Source: Acidobacteriota bacterium (GTDB lineage Bacteria > Acidobacteriota > UBA6911). Taken from it: a DNA stretch of 64,000 nucleotides. The notes below the pieces were generated by a model, which had not been told where the DNA came from, did no database searches, and saw only the letters and a list, made by a program, of their open reading frames with translations. Location of the stretch: contig OY761556.1 of assembly GCA_963664705.1 (NCBI GenBank), positions 6,830,880-6,894,879 of the forward strand, written 5' to 3'. This document shows positions 30,295 to 39,748 of this stretch, piece by piece. The stretch's first letter is position 1. Every line of letters begins with the position of its first letter. Both the position numbers and the translations under genes were made by a program.

Positions 30295-31656
30295 ATGAAT
30301 ACATGCCTGCGCCGTAGAGATTTGTTGATGGGATTCGCCGCCATGATCCCGCTGCGTTCACTGCTGGCCGATACGTGGCCTCAGTTTCGGGGCGCGGAGG
30401 CTCGGGGCATAGGCCCGGACGATCCACGACTTCCGGAAATATGGAGCAGCAGCGAAAACGTCCTTTGGTGCGCGGACGTTCCTGGAACCGGATGGGCTTC
30501 GCCTGCTGTCTGGAACAACAGCATCTTCATCCACACGAACGTGAGTGCCGCGGGTGAGCGCGGTGCTCAAAAGGGTATGTCCGGTGGACGCGTGCAATAT
30601 TTTCCTCCGACCGAAGAGCACCGCACAATGGCGCTCTGTCTTGACTTCAAAACCGGCAAGACCCGGTGGGCGACCGAGCTTCATCGAGGTGTGCCGCTAA
30701 GCTCACGCCACCCCAAGAACAGCTATGCCTCGGAAACGCCGGTTACGGACGGCCAACGCGTCATCTTTCATATTGGCGATCTGGCGACCTATTGTCTCGA
30801 TATGAAGGGAAAAATTCTGTGGACGAAGGAGTGGCCATTACAGGCTACGCGATACGGATACGGCACCGCTTCCTCGCCGATACTCTATGGAGATCGATTG
30901 TACCTTCTGAAGGATAACGAGGTGGAGTCGTATCTTTTTGCTCTGGATAAGAGCACGGGACGCGAAATCTGGAAGGTCCGGCGCGAAGAGCCGAGTACAT
31001 GGTCGACTCCTTATATATGGCGGAACAAACTCCGGACCGAGATTGTCACCTCGGGATCCAAAAAAATCCGCTCCTATGACCTGAACGGGAAGCCGCTTTG
31101 GGAAATAACCAGGCTGGCAACTCTTGCCGTGCCGTCTCCCTATTCGGATGGCGACCTGCTTTATGTCACCTCCGGGTATCCTACCGATCCGACCAGTCCG
31201 ATCTACGCCATACGTCCCGGTGCGAGCGGCGATATTACGCCCAAGAACGGGGAGACGAGCAATGAGTACATCGTATGGAGCGTGTTGCAGGGAGGCCCCA
31301 TCGATCCTTCATCCATTGTCTACAAAGGCAAGTATTACAGCCTGACCGATGCCGGATTCCTGATCTGCCTCGATGCAAAAACAGGGAAGGAATTTTATGG
31401 GAAGCAGCGGCTCGATCCGGCCAGCGGAACCTTCACAACCTCTCCATGGGCATACAATGATCGCATCTTCTGTCTGAGCGAAGATGGAGACACCTATGTG
31501 GTGCAGGCCGGCCCGGAATTCAAGCTGCTGCGCAAGAACAGCCTCGGCGAAGCGTGCATGGCATCGCCGGCTATTGCGAATGGAAGCCTGATTCTGAGGA
31601 CGTACACAAAGCTTTATCGCATCGAAACAAAGGGAAAGGCCGGGAAGAAAGGATAA
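30295..31656 (+). CDS. PQQ-like/BamB-type beta-propeller protein
   Basis: WPQFRG, YASETPVTDG, repeated ALD..TG..IW blades; RRRDLL Tat-like leader. Confidence 0.9.
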   Translation: MNTCLRRRDLLMGFAAMIPLRSLLADTWPQFRGAEARGIGPDDPRLPEIWSSSENVLWCADVPGTGWASPAVWNNSIFIHTNVSAAGERGAQKGMSGGRVQYFPPTEEHRTMALCLDFKTGKTRWATELHRGVPLSSRHPKNSYASETPVTDGQRVIFHIGDLATYCLDMKGKILWTKEWPLQATRYGYGTASSPILYGDRLYLLKDNEVESYLFALDKSTGREIWKVRREEPSTWSTPYIWRNKLRTEIVTSGSKKIRSYDLNGKPLWEITRLATLAVPSPYSDGDLLYVTSGYPTDPTSPIYAIRPGASGDITPKNGETSNEYIVWSVLQGGPIDPSSIVYKGKYYSLTDAGFLICLDAKTGKEFYGKQRLDPASGTFTTSPWAYNDRIFCLSEDGDTYVVQAGPEFKLLRKNSLGEACMASPAIANGSLILRTYTKLYRIETKGKAGKKG

Positions 31657-31668
31657 CCTCAACCATCG

Positions 31669-31986
31669 CGCCACTGGGAGCGAAAGATATTTCCGCTCCT
31701 CCCCATGACCTAAAGTTGAACATTGGAGAGGGGTTCACCGTTTCTATCGCCCCGCCAGGGCTCTTTCCCGCGCTTATCTCTACCGGGGGTTCGCTTCGCT
31801 TCACCCCCGGCTACTTTCTGACCGCCCCTTCGGGGCTGATTTGATGGAGATTCCAAGTTCCTCGGGCAAATAGTATGCGGCATCAGCCGGGACGGCGGTG
31901 CTCCCAGCGCTCTCGTCAAGCCACAGGTTTTTCCACTCGGCTTTGCTGGTGGAGAAGCTCACTCCCGGCTGTTTTCTGGCGCGCCT
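31669..31986. repeat. REP-like cluster, left part (continues at 33752)
   Basis: Same GGGGGTTCGCTTCGCTTCACCCCCGGCTAC units; the last unit is cut at GCGCCT. Confidence 0.85.
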
Positions 31987-32149
31987 ATGATTGTGCAACA
32001 TGGCCTGTTCAGGTAAAAAGGAAAAGAAAAACTTGGAGTTTGGGTGTGGAAACCCGGAAGGAGCCCGGAGGGCGACCGAAGGGTTTCTACTCCCAAACTC
32101 CAAGCGCGGATGCACTCGGATAGCACAGTCCTACATATTGAAGGCGCCC

Positions 32150-32968
32150 ATGATCAATAACACCAACCTTTCTCACTGGAACAGACTCCAAGCGAAGAGC
32201 CTTGACGCTCAATTTGTTAATGAGATGATTACCGGCCTTAACTGCTCTCCTTTCGAGGCGGAAGCTATTGTAGAGAAAGTTCATGAGGTTTACGTGCCGC
32301 TGTTTCAGACGGCGCAGGGACTTAAGCCGGGTCAGATTCAAGTGGCCGTGATCGATGCTTCGGTAGCGCCTAATGTGCCACTGGCAAAAGCCAAGCAGAG
32401 ACTGGTAACCCTGACCCTTCATGCAGGTACCGAAGATATCGAGACTCGAAAAAGGGGATCCGTACCAGCTCTTCGTCAGAAACGATTGTGCCGCATGTGC
32501 CAAGAAGCATTTCAGCAAGGGGGATTGTTGACCTTGGAGGATTTGGCCAATCTGTTCAATTGCGGCGTCCGCACTCTGGTGAACGACCTGGCGGCCTTGC
32601 GCAAACAGAGCATTGTGCCTCCTCTGCGCTCTACGACCAAGGATATGGGCCGCGCCATCACCCATCGCCAACTGATTATCACGCTCTGGATGCAAGGGCT
32701 TGAGTACTCCGAAATCGCCCGTAAGACCAATCACACCATCGACTCCGTAGCCAACTACGTGGATAAGTTTAAACGCTGTGCAGCCCTGTTTGTTTCTGGA
32801 TTTGACGTGGATACAGTTGCTCTGATGGTAAAGCTTTCAACGCCTCTGACCAAGGAATTTCAGCGTATCCACTCCGCTTGCCACGGGACTCCTCACCGTC
32901 TTCGGGAATTGGAAGATTTCCTCAAAAAAAACCGCATACCAAGCCTGCGCGGGAGGAAACGGTCATGA
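32150..32968 (+). CDS. DUF1670-like protein A
   Basis: LKPGQI, VTLTL, EAFQQGGLLTLEDLA, DMGRAITHR, HTIDSVANY motifs. Confidence 0.85.
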   Translation: MINNTNLSHWNRLQAKSLDAQFVNEMITGLNCSPFEAEAIVEKVHEVYVPLFQTAQGLKPGQIQVAVIDASVAPNVPLAKAKQRLVTLTLHAGTEDIETRKRGSVPALRQKRLCRMCQEAFQQGGLLTLEDLANLFNCGVRTLVNDLAALRKQSIVPPLRSTTKDMGRAITHRQLIITLWMQGLEYSEIARKTNHTIDSVANYVDKFKRCAALFVSGFDVDTVALMVKLSTPLTKEFQRIHSACHGTPHRLRELEDFLKKNRIPSLRGRKRS

Positions 32969-33750
32969 TTGCCCAATCTGAGGCTCAAAAACAATTCGGC
33001 TCTGCGCGGAAGCGCTTCCTGCAGTCTTCTATTGAAAATTTTCTGGACCAGGAGTTCCCTCGCACCTTCGGACCAGTAATTCGCGAGAAAATGGCAGAAA
33101 AGATTGTGGCGCTTGTCGACCAACAACTACCTCCCAAGGATCATCTGCGCCCTGGACAGTGTGTTTGGAATGCCGTATCCATTGCGACCCGGCCTGACAG
33201 CCCCAACTGTCGTCTTGTCCCCATAGTCTTGACGCTTGTGGATTCTTCGGATGCCGAGCAACTGGCTCGCGGAACACCCATGTCCAGAATCGCCCAAACG
33301 TCCATCGCTCGGATTTGCCGTGAAGCCTTTGAACAAGGAGCCTTGCTCTCGATGCGCGATATTGGCCTCTTAGTCTGGCGAGATAACGCCCACATCTCGC
33401 AGGTCCGGAAAAAGTGGGAGGCTGAACAGCAAACATCGTTGCCTCATGTCGGAACTATTCAAGATTTCGGCTCATGCATCACTCATAAGTCGGTCATTGT
33501 GCGCAAGGTTGTTTATGAAGGGAAAGATCCCCGTCGTGCTGCAGATGAAACCAAGCACTCGCAGAGAGCCGTCGATCGTTACCTAAAAGACTTTCATCGA
33601 GTAAGAACGTGCTTCGAACATATCCAAGATGTTGAATTCGTTATCAAAACAACAGGTCTATCCAGGCAGCTGGTAAACCAATATGTCAGAATCATCATGG
33701 AAAATGAGAAAACGTTTCCTAAAGAGAACTTGACAGGCAAGATTGCTTAA
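32965..33750 (+). CDS. DUF1670-like protein B
   Basis: LRPGQC, IVLTL, EAFEQGALLSMRDI, DFGSCITHK, HSQRAVDRY; ATGA overlap with A and GGAGG RBS. Confidence 0.85.
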   Translation: MIAQSEAQKQFGSARKRFLQSSIENFLDQEFPRTFGPVIREKMAEKIVALVDQQLPPKDHLRPGQCVWNAVSIATRPDSPNCRLVPIVLTLVDSSDAEQLARGTPMSRIAQTSIARICREAFEQGALLSMRDIGLLVWRDNAHISQVRKKWEAEQQTSLPHVGTIQDFGSCITHKSVIVRKVVYEGKDPRRAADETKHSQRAVDRYLKDFHRVRTCFEHIQDVEFVIKTTGLSRQLVNQYVRIIMENEKTFPKENLTGKIA

Positions 33751-33751
33751 A

Positions 33752-33930
33752 CTCCGGCGCTTAGTGCAGATGGAACAAAGATCCAGCGCCGGAGGCGCGA
33801 AAGATAGTAGCCCCGGGCGAGCTTGCGAGCCCGGGGTTAAATTAGGGGTTCAAAGAGCCCTGCAAGGGCGAAAGAACGGCCATGGCAAAAAGGTAAATGG
33901 CCTTGGGAGCGACGACGGCGCCCCCAGTGG
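33752..33930. repeat. REP-like cluster, right part
   Basis: Colinear with the uninterrupted cluster at about 43100-43240. Confidence 0.8.
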
Positions 33931-33938
33931 TGCGGGTT

Positions 33939-34442
33939 TCACGACAGGTGGTGTGCAACGCGCGCCATCATCAGCGTGTCCATGTAGCGCCCCTCTCGAA
34001 ACGCACTGCATATCTGTGTGCCTTCCACGCGAAAACCAAATTTCTTATACAACCGGATTGCCGGCTCATTATCGGGATACACCTCGAGTTCAAGCCGCGA
34101 GAGATTCAGCCACATGTCCGCCAGATCCACGACGGCCTGCATCATTTGCGTGCCGATTCCCTTGTGCTGCCAGTCATCGCGCACGATCATCCCGAGATGC
34201 CCCACGTGTCGCCGGCGCGGTCGAGTCGGAAAGGTCATCAGCGAAATCTCACCGATGACCTCGCGCTCCGCGCATGCGACCAGGCTGTACAAACCCTCCT
34301 GGGGATCCGCCAGCTTTCTGCGCCATTGCTCGACGGAAGGGTAGGGGGTCTGGAGCGTGCCCCAGATTACCCTGGGGTAAGTGAGAATATTGGCGATCGC
34401 CTCGTAATCACCGGGTTCTGCCCGTCGAATAGTTATGACCAT
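33939..34442 (-). CDS. GNAT acetyltransferase (YhhY/AaaT-like)
   Basis: RRRHVGHLGMIV...WQHKGIG, WLNLSRLELEV..DNEPAIRLYKKFGF. Confidence 0.9.
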   Translation of the reverse strand: MVITIRRAEPGDYEAIANILTYPRVIWGTLQTPYPSVEQWRRKLADPQEGLYSLVACAEREVIGEISLMTFPTRPRRRHVGHLGMIVRDDWQHKGIGTQMMQAVVDLADMWLNLSRLELEVYPDNEPAIRLYKKFGFRVEGTQICSAFREGRYMDTLMMARVAHHLS

Positions 34443-34539
34443 GGCTTTCTCCTTTTCTCCAGTACAATCCTGCTTCTGATTCAACTGCGCACCCGATTCG
34501 GCGGATGCGAACCGTTGCCCGGTTTTTCCGGAGTACCTT

Positions 34540-35385
34540 TCAGGCCTCCGATACGGGCCGTGCGGTGAGGTTTTTCCACCACTTGCGCAGATCCTCGAGT
34601 GCCGCATCGAACACCGGTTTCTGCATGGCGGTTCGTTCAAAAAATGCCGCTGCATCTGAGATGGTGGTTCCCATCATTCCAGGGAGAGAGACGAACTCGT
34701 GTATCAAGCCCGAATAGAGCCGAAGATCGGCGACTCCTCCGGCCTCGCGGATGGCGCGATAGAGACTGGTAGAGAGTTCCGGCGGCGTCATGATGTCCTC
34801 GTCTCCGCAGAAGATGATGGTCGGCGGGTAGCGGGCGGCGTGGGTGATCGGGCTGATGGCAGCCAGCATGGCGGGATCCAAAACTCCCAGCATCGCGCCG
34901 ACCTGGGGCTCGATGCGCGTGGGCGGGAAAAAGACCGCGACTCCGGCGACCGCTTCGGACTGATCGGGATAAGGCTCTTCTGCACGCGCTGGGCCCGCAA
35001 ATCCGCTTGCTGCGATCAGTGCCAGGTGTGCTCCCGCCGAATAGCCGGTCAGAAAAATCCGATCGGGCAGGATTCCCAGCGATTCTGCCTTTGCGCGAAC
35101 AGCCCGGATCGAAGTCCGGGTGTCGCTGAGTGGTGCCGGCCAGGGCGCCTCGCCAAGCAGTCGGTATTCCGGCGCGATTGCCACGTAGCCGAGTTTGGCG
35201 AAGGCTGTGCCGGCGGCGGTCATGGCTGCACGGTCGCCCACACGCCAGCCGCCGCCGTGGTATAGCAGTACCGCGGGAGCTTTGCCCATGCCGGCGGCAG
35301 GACGGAAGATGTTCCATCGCAGCGGACGCGCATTTCCTGCATAGATTGCATCAAGTTCGACGATAACACCGGCGTTCTCGGCCAT
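34540..35385 (-). CDS. Alpha/beta hydrolase, HSL-family esterase
   Basis: HGGGW, GYSAG, GDED, HEF; AGGAG before ATG 35385. Confidence 0.9.
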   Translation of the reverse strand: MAENAGVIVELDAIYAGNARPLRWNIFRPAAGMGKAPAVLLYHGGGWRVGDRAAMTAAGTAFAKLGYVAIAPEYRLLGEAPWPAPLSDTRTSIRAVRAKAESLGILPDRIFLTGYSAGAHLALIAASGFAGPARAEEPYPDQSEAVAGVAVFFPPTRIEPQVGAMLGVLDPAMLAAISPITHAARYPPTIIFCGDEDIMTPPELSTSLYRAIREAGGVADLRLYSGLIHEFVSLPGMMGTTISDAAAFFERTAMQKPVFDAALEDLRKWWKNLTARPVSEA

Positions 35386-35485
35386 GGTAAATCTCCTGTT
35401 CAGGGTGGAATGATCCGGAAGACCCAATGATGTTAACCCGAATTTGACGACTGAAGGAATTTGAATCTGTGTTTTTGCGAACAGC

Positions 35486-35971
35486 TCACGGACTGCGTCG
35501 GATTCCACGAGCTGCTTTCAGCCGGGGAATCCATCGATTCACTTGTGTGCGGTATTGCATCCAGTCATTGCTGAATTTTCGGGACAGCGTCGGCTCCTCA
35601 TACAGGATGATGCGCAGATGGAAGCAGACGGCGAGAAAGCAGACATATGTCGCCAGGACAGGGGATCCGGAGATAAGGCTCCAGCCCGCTACGCATCCCA
35701 GGACCCCCACGTACATGGGATTCCGCATAAACCGATAGAGTCCAACGATCACCAGTTTCTTCGGAGGATCCCACGGGGCCAGGGTGCCTTTGCCGACAAC
35801 ATAAAAATCACGAACGCACCAAAGCAGGAGAGAAAGGCCAATGAAAAATACCGGCCAGCCGAGAATCGTCCCGCGGATCCGCCAGCGGTCTATCCCGAGC
35901 AGCAGCCAGGGACAGAAACCGCCAACGACAGCCGGCAAGGCCATGAATGCCAGGAGAGCGCGAAAAAGCAT
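35486..35971 (-). CDS. ICMT/PEMT family membrane methyltransferase
   Basis: GKGTLAPWDPPKKLVIVGLYRFMRNPMYVG...EEPTL...RW. Confidence 0.9.
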   Translation of the reverse strand: MLFRALLAFMALPAVVGGFCPWLLLGIDRWRIRGTILGWPVFFIGLSLLLWCVRDFYVVGKGTLAPWDPPKKLVIVGLYRFMRNPMYVGVLGCVAGWSLISGSPVLATYVCFLAVCFHLRIILYEEPTLSRKFSNDWMQYRTQVNRWIPRLKAARGIRRSP

Positions 35972-36156
35972 GAATTATTTTACTTTCTTGCGATAGGGTT
36001 TTCGAGAGAGATTCCTGAAGACGGAGGGTGGATGCACTATGCTACTATCCTATCTATCACGTGATTACCACTGGATGATTGGGATTCCCAAGGGCCATCG
36101 ATTTCGGGAATTGGCATAAGCCGCCTGGCAAATTCTCTGATGTGAGAGCGACTGAA

Positions 36157-37851
36157 ATGATCCGGAACTTGTGTGTTCTCGTTTTGATCGGAGCTATGCT
36201 TCACCCCTTGTTTCGAGTTATGGCGAAGGATGCAGGTTTTGACCGGACAATCCGGGGTATCGTTCGCGATGATGAAGGGATTGTTCCAGACGCGGTGGTC
36301 AGAGTTCAGACCACTGTGCATAGCGCGGTAACCGGTGCAGGCGGAGAGTTCGAGTTGACTGTGCCCGAATCCCTTGGCAACTCGGTCAAACTTACGGCAT
36401 GGGCTAAAGGGTACTTCATCAGCGGCCCGGTAAAGGCATCGCCTGGAGCGAAAGATGTAACGATTGCGCTGCACCGGCATAGCCAATGGGATAATCGCGA
36501 ATATGCCTGGACGCCCGCCTCCCGGTCGACGGGATCCGGTGAAAATCAGGGGTGTTCCGAGTGCCATCTTCGCGGCAACGCCGCGGGTTCCGCTCTTCCG
36601 GTGGACGAGTGGCTCCAGGACGCTCACGCTCAATCTGCGGTTAACCCGCGTTTTCTTTCGATGCATTCCGGGACAGATGTGTCCGGTCGCCGGAGCCCGT
36701 CAACACGGTTCAGGCGCAACAATGAATCCAAATTGGTTCCGCTTCCTCCAAATCCTGAAGCGCCCTATTACGGGCCGGGATATCGACTCGATAATCCAGA
36801 CCACACAGGGGATTGTGCGGCCTGCCATGTCCCTGCGGCGGCAGTCAATGAGCCCTATAACACCGATCCTCTTTCGGCCCGGGGCGTGGGAGCGGAGGGG
36901 GTCACCTGCGATTTCTGCCACAAAATCTGGGATGTCCGCCTTGACTCTCGCACCGGGCTGCCTGTTCCGGAAAAGGCCGGAGTGCAGTCCTTCGAGTTTC
37001 GGCGGCCTTTCAGCGGGCATCAGTTTTTCGCCGGTCCGCTGGACGATATTGCTCCCGGCGAAGACACATATTCCAAAATCCAGAAAAGCAGCCAGTTCTG
37101 CGCCCCGTGTCATTTCGGAGTATTTGAGGATACGGTTGTTTACGATTCCTTCGGGGAGTGGCTGCGGAGCCCTTACAGCCGAAAGGAAACCGGGAAAACC
37201 TGCCAGGACTGCCATATGCCAATCTCGGGGGCGGAGTTCTTTGCTCACCCTGAAAAAGGCGGATTGAAACGAGACCCGAATACCATCGTGAGCCATCGGA
37301 TGCCTGGAGCCAGGGACGTCGATCTGCTCCAGAATGCTGTGTCGCTAACCCTTGAGGCGGAAAAAGTGTCCGAAGGGATTCGCGTTCGAGCGAGAGTTGT
37401 AAACGATCGCACGGGGCACCATGTCCCTACGGACTCTCCGTTACGACATTTGATCCTGCTGGTTCGAGCCTATGGTTATGATGCCGCTCCGCTATCGCTG
37501 CAGCATGGACCGGTTCTTCCGGAGTGGTGTGGTTCCGGGAAACCATCGGACGGCTATTATGCCGGGCTCCCGGGCAAGGTGTTTGCGAAGGTGCTTGAAG
37601 AGAAATGGACGGGCGTCTCTCCGACAGCCGCATATTGGAATCCCACCCGCATCGTGATGGATACCCGGCTCGCCGCATTCCAGTCCGATGTCAGTGAATA
37701 TCTGTTTGCCGCTCCTGAGGCCGGGAATGTGCGAATCGAGGCGGTGCTTCTTTATCGAAGGGCGTACAAGAATCTCATGAATCTCAAGGGCTGGACCGAC
37801 CCGGATATCCTGATGGAATCGTCAACCGCTTTGGTCGTGCAGGGTCGCTGA
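36157..37851 (+). CDS. Pentaheme c-type cytochrome with N-terminal carboxypeptidase-regulatory-like domain
   Basis: CSECH, CAACH, CDFCH, CAPCH, CQDCH; TGHHVPTD motif; N-terminal hydrophobic leader. Confidence 0.88.
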   Translation: MIRNLCVLVLIGAMLHPLFRVMAKDAGFDRTIRGIVRDDEGIVPDAVVRVQTTVHSAVTGAGGEFELTVPESLGNSVKLTAWAKGYFISGPVKASPGAKDVTIALHRHSQWDNREYAWTPASRSTGSGENQGCSECHLRGNAAGSALPVDEWLQDAHAQSAVNPRFLSMHSGTDVSGRRSPSTRFRRNNESKLVPLPPNPEAPYYGPGYRLDNPDHTGDCAACHVPAAAVNEPYNTDPLSARGVGAEGVTCDFCHKIWDVRLDSRTGLPVPEKAGVQSFEFRRPFSGHQFFAGPLDDIAPGEDTYSKIQKSSQFCAPCHFGVFEDTVVYDSFGEWLRSPYSRKETGKTCQDCHMPISGAEFFAHPEKGGLKRDPNTIVSHRMPGARDVDLLQNAVSLTLEAEKVSEGIRVRARVVNDRTGHHVPTDSPLRHLILLVRAYGYDAAPLSLQHGPVLPEWCGSGKPSDGYYAGLPGKVFAKVLEEKWTGVSPTAAYWNPTRIVMDTRLAAFQSDVSEYLFAAPEAGNVRIEAVLLYRRAYKNLMNLKGWTDPDILMESSTALVVQGR

Positions 37852-37942
37852 ATTTGCCGCGCCATTCGTGGTAAGGGCTGCCAAATCACCACGAATGGCA
37901 TGCGACAAAAAATCATCAACACTAATACGTTTTAAAAACAGG

Positions 37943-39748
37943 TCAGACCGTCTTCTTCTGCTGCCCGAGAATGCACAATCCATCCTCACATTCATGATAG
38001 GCGGGCATGCGGAGAGGTTTTTTATCCAGTTTGATTCCGGCCTTGGGTATCCACTTATCCACGGATGCGGTCTTGTAATAGACATAGTCGGTTGCGTGGA
38101 AGATTGGATTGGTCTCGCCTCCTACCACCACAAAATTGATCCCCTCCGGTTTCAGGAAAGGGGAATTGGATTTTTCAGCCAGATGCTTGCTCAGCTTGTC
38201 CGGGTCATCCCAGCCTTCGGCTTTCAAGGCCTTGACCGCGAGCGGGTCCACCACGAAAGTGTAGGTGCCCATCGATTCAAAGGCCTTCATGCGCTGAAGC
38301 ATTCCCGCGGTAGTGCCGATCCCCAGGGTCACCACGTTCCAGCCGCGGAAAATGCTGACAGTGCTTTCCGATGCTTTGAATCCCTTGCGTACGTGAAATG
38401 GCTTCCAGGGGCTCTTTCCTTCATTTTCGGCGCAGCACTGGTTGGTAAAGCTCAGACCATTGCCGATCGTCGCCATGAAGGTATCGCCGGCGCGGGCATC
38501 TCCAAAATTGATGCTCATGAGCGTCCAGGTTCTGCCAATGACCGAATTGGCATAATTGAACGGGCCCATAGCGCCTACGCCGCTGTTCATGCCGATGGTT
38601 TTGGACGCCGGACCGTTGACTACTACCATGCTGCCGTAGGATCCGGTGGAACTCGGCATTGCGGGGTGCTGAGTCGAGGCGATTGCCAGAATGACCGGCA
38701 GATGCTCCGGCCTGGCACCGGCCATGACCGCGTTGATGGCAACCTTTTCAACCGTATATTCCTTCATTTCCTCGTGAGTGGTGACGGACATCATCCCGAC
38801 TACTTCCTGCGGGTCATGATCCGTGCCCGCTAGCATTTCGGCGACTCTTTCCTCGGTCGGGAGCACGATCGGCAGACCGTCAGTCCAGCCGTTTCTCAGG
38901 AACAGGTGCTGAAGGTTCTCCTCGGTGTCCGCTTCCAGCACGCGCGGCCGTCGGGGCTTCTTGGGAATCTCCGGATTCTTTTCTGCCTCGGTCAGCGGTT
39001 TTGTCAGCGCATCGATTATTTCAGTGGTTAACTTCACACCGGTGACAGGATCGTCGCCCTGTACGTATTGGCGCAGCGTTTCTCTTGAAACCCACGCGAC
39101 CGGATATGGGGGGAAGGCCCAGCGCAGATTCATGCCGTGAGAGTTGCCGTCGCGGATGACATAATCCGCAAACCGCGCGGTGACGATGGGCGCCGTGGGA
39201 AGACCATACTCTCCTTCGATGGTTCGCGAAAATTCGGCGAGACTCGCCGAACAGCCGTCTCAGCCACCAACGCCGAAGATCACGCCATCCGCTTTTTTCT
39301 TGAGCACTGCCCAAAGGTCCGGGCTGTCGGAGAATGGAGTGCCCCCTTTGGTGACCAGCACTGTCTTGACGGCGGGCATGTTTTTGGTGAACCACGTCTG
39401 CAATTCCTCGAGAAACTCTTTGGCTCCTGCGAACCCTGTATCCACCAGGTAGATGGTTTTATTGTCCAGGCTTGCCAGCCGTGGCGCCATTCGCAGTGCA
39501 ACCAGTTCGTCCCGGGTAATGGTGGGATGCGTGTCCGGGTTGAAAATGGCCATCATATGGGAATCCGGAGCCCCGCGTCGGCCGAATTTCCCGGACGGCT
39601 GCCCCCGGGGATCAAGCACCGTTACCTTTTTTGCTTCGGAATTGGCTGATCCGGACAGGTACCTGCAACCGCTGCAAGAGGCCAGAATGATCGTGCCGAC
39701 AAAAAGCAAACTCCAATACCGGCTGACGCTGTATTGTGATGAACTCAT
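37943..39748 (-). CDS. UGSC-family selenoprotein (Sec at TGA 39262-39260, motif U-D-G-C), probable lipoprotein
   Basis: Track ORFs 39260-39853 and 37943-39133 are in frame; read-through FGVGG-U-DGCSASLAEFSRTIEGEYGLPT; WTDGLPIVLPTEERV; lipobox-like LASC. Confidence 0.88.
39233..39259 (-). promoter_or_regulatory. Putative bacterial SECIS
   Basis: Perfect 8-bp stem UUCGGCGA-GUC-UCGCCGAA just 3' of the UGA. Confidence 0.7.

Larger units (their letters stand above)
31987..33751 (+). mobile_element. Candidate novel insertion element encoding two DUF1670-like proteins, inserted at a CT core in a REP
   Basis: CT at both junctions (31985-31986, 33752-33753); removal restores CGCGCCTCCGGCGCT, the perfect inverse of 33785-33799; joined ends give TTGACA-17-TATGAT. 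Confidence 0.85.

Noticed and set aside
31915-33734. GTCAAG/CTTGAC as terminal inverted repeats of the DUF1670 element
   Set aside because: The match is only 6 bp. REP reconstruction puts the ends at 31987 and 33751, and the TTGACA is better explained as the junction -35.
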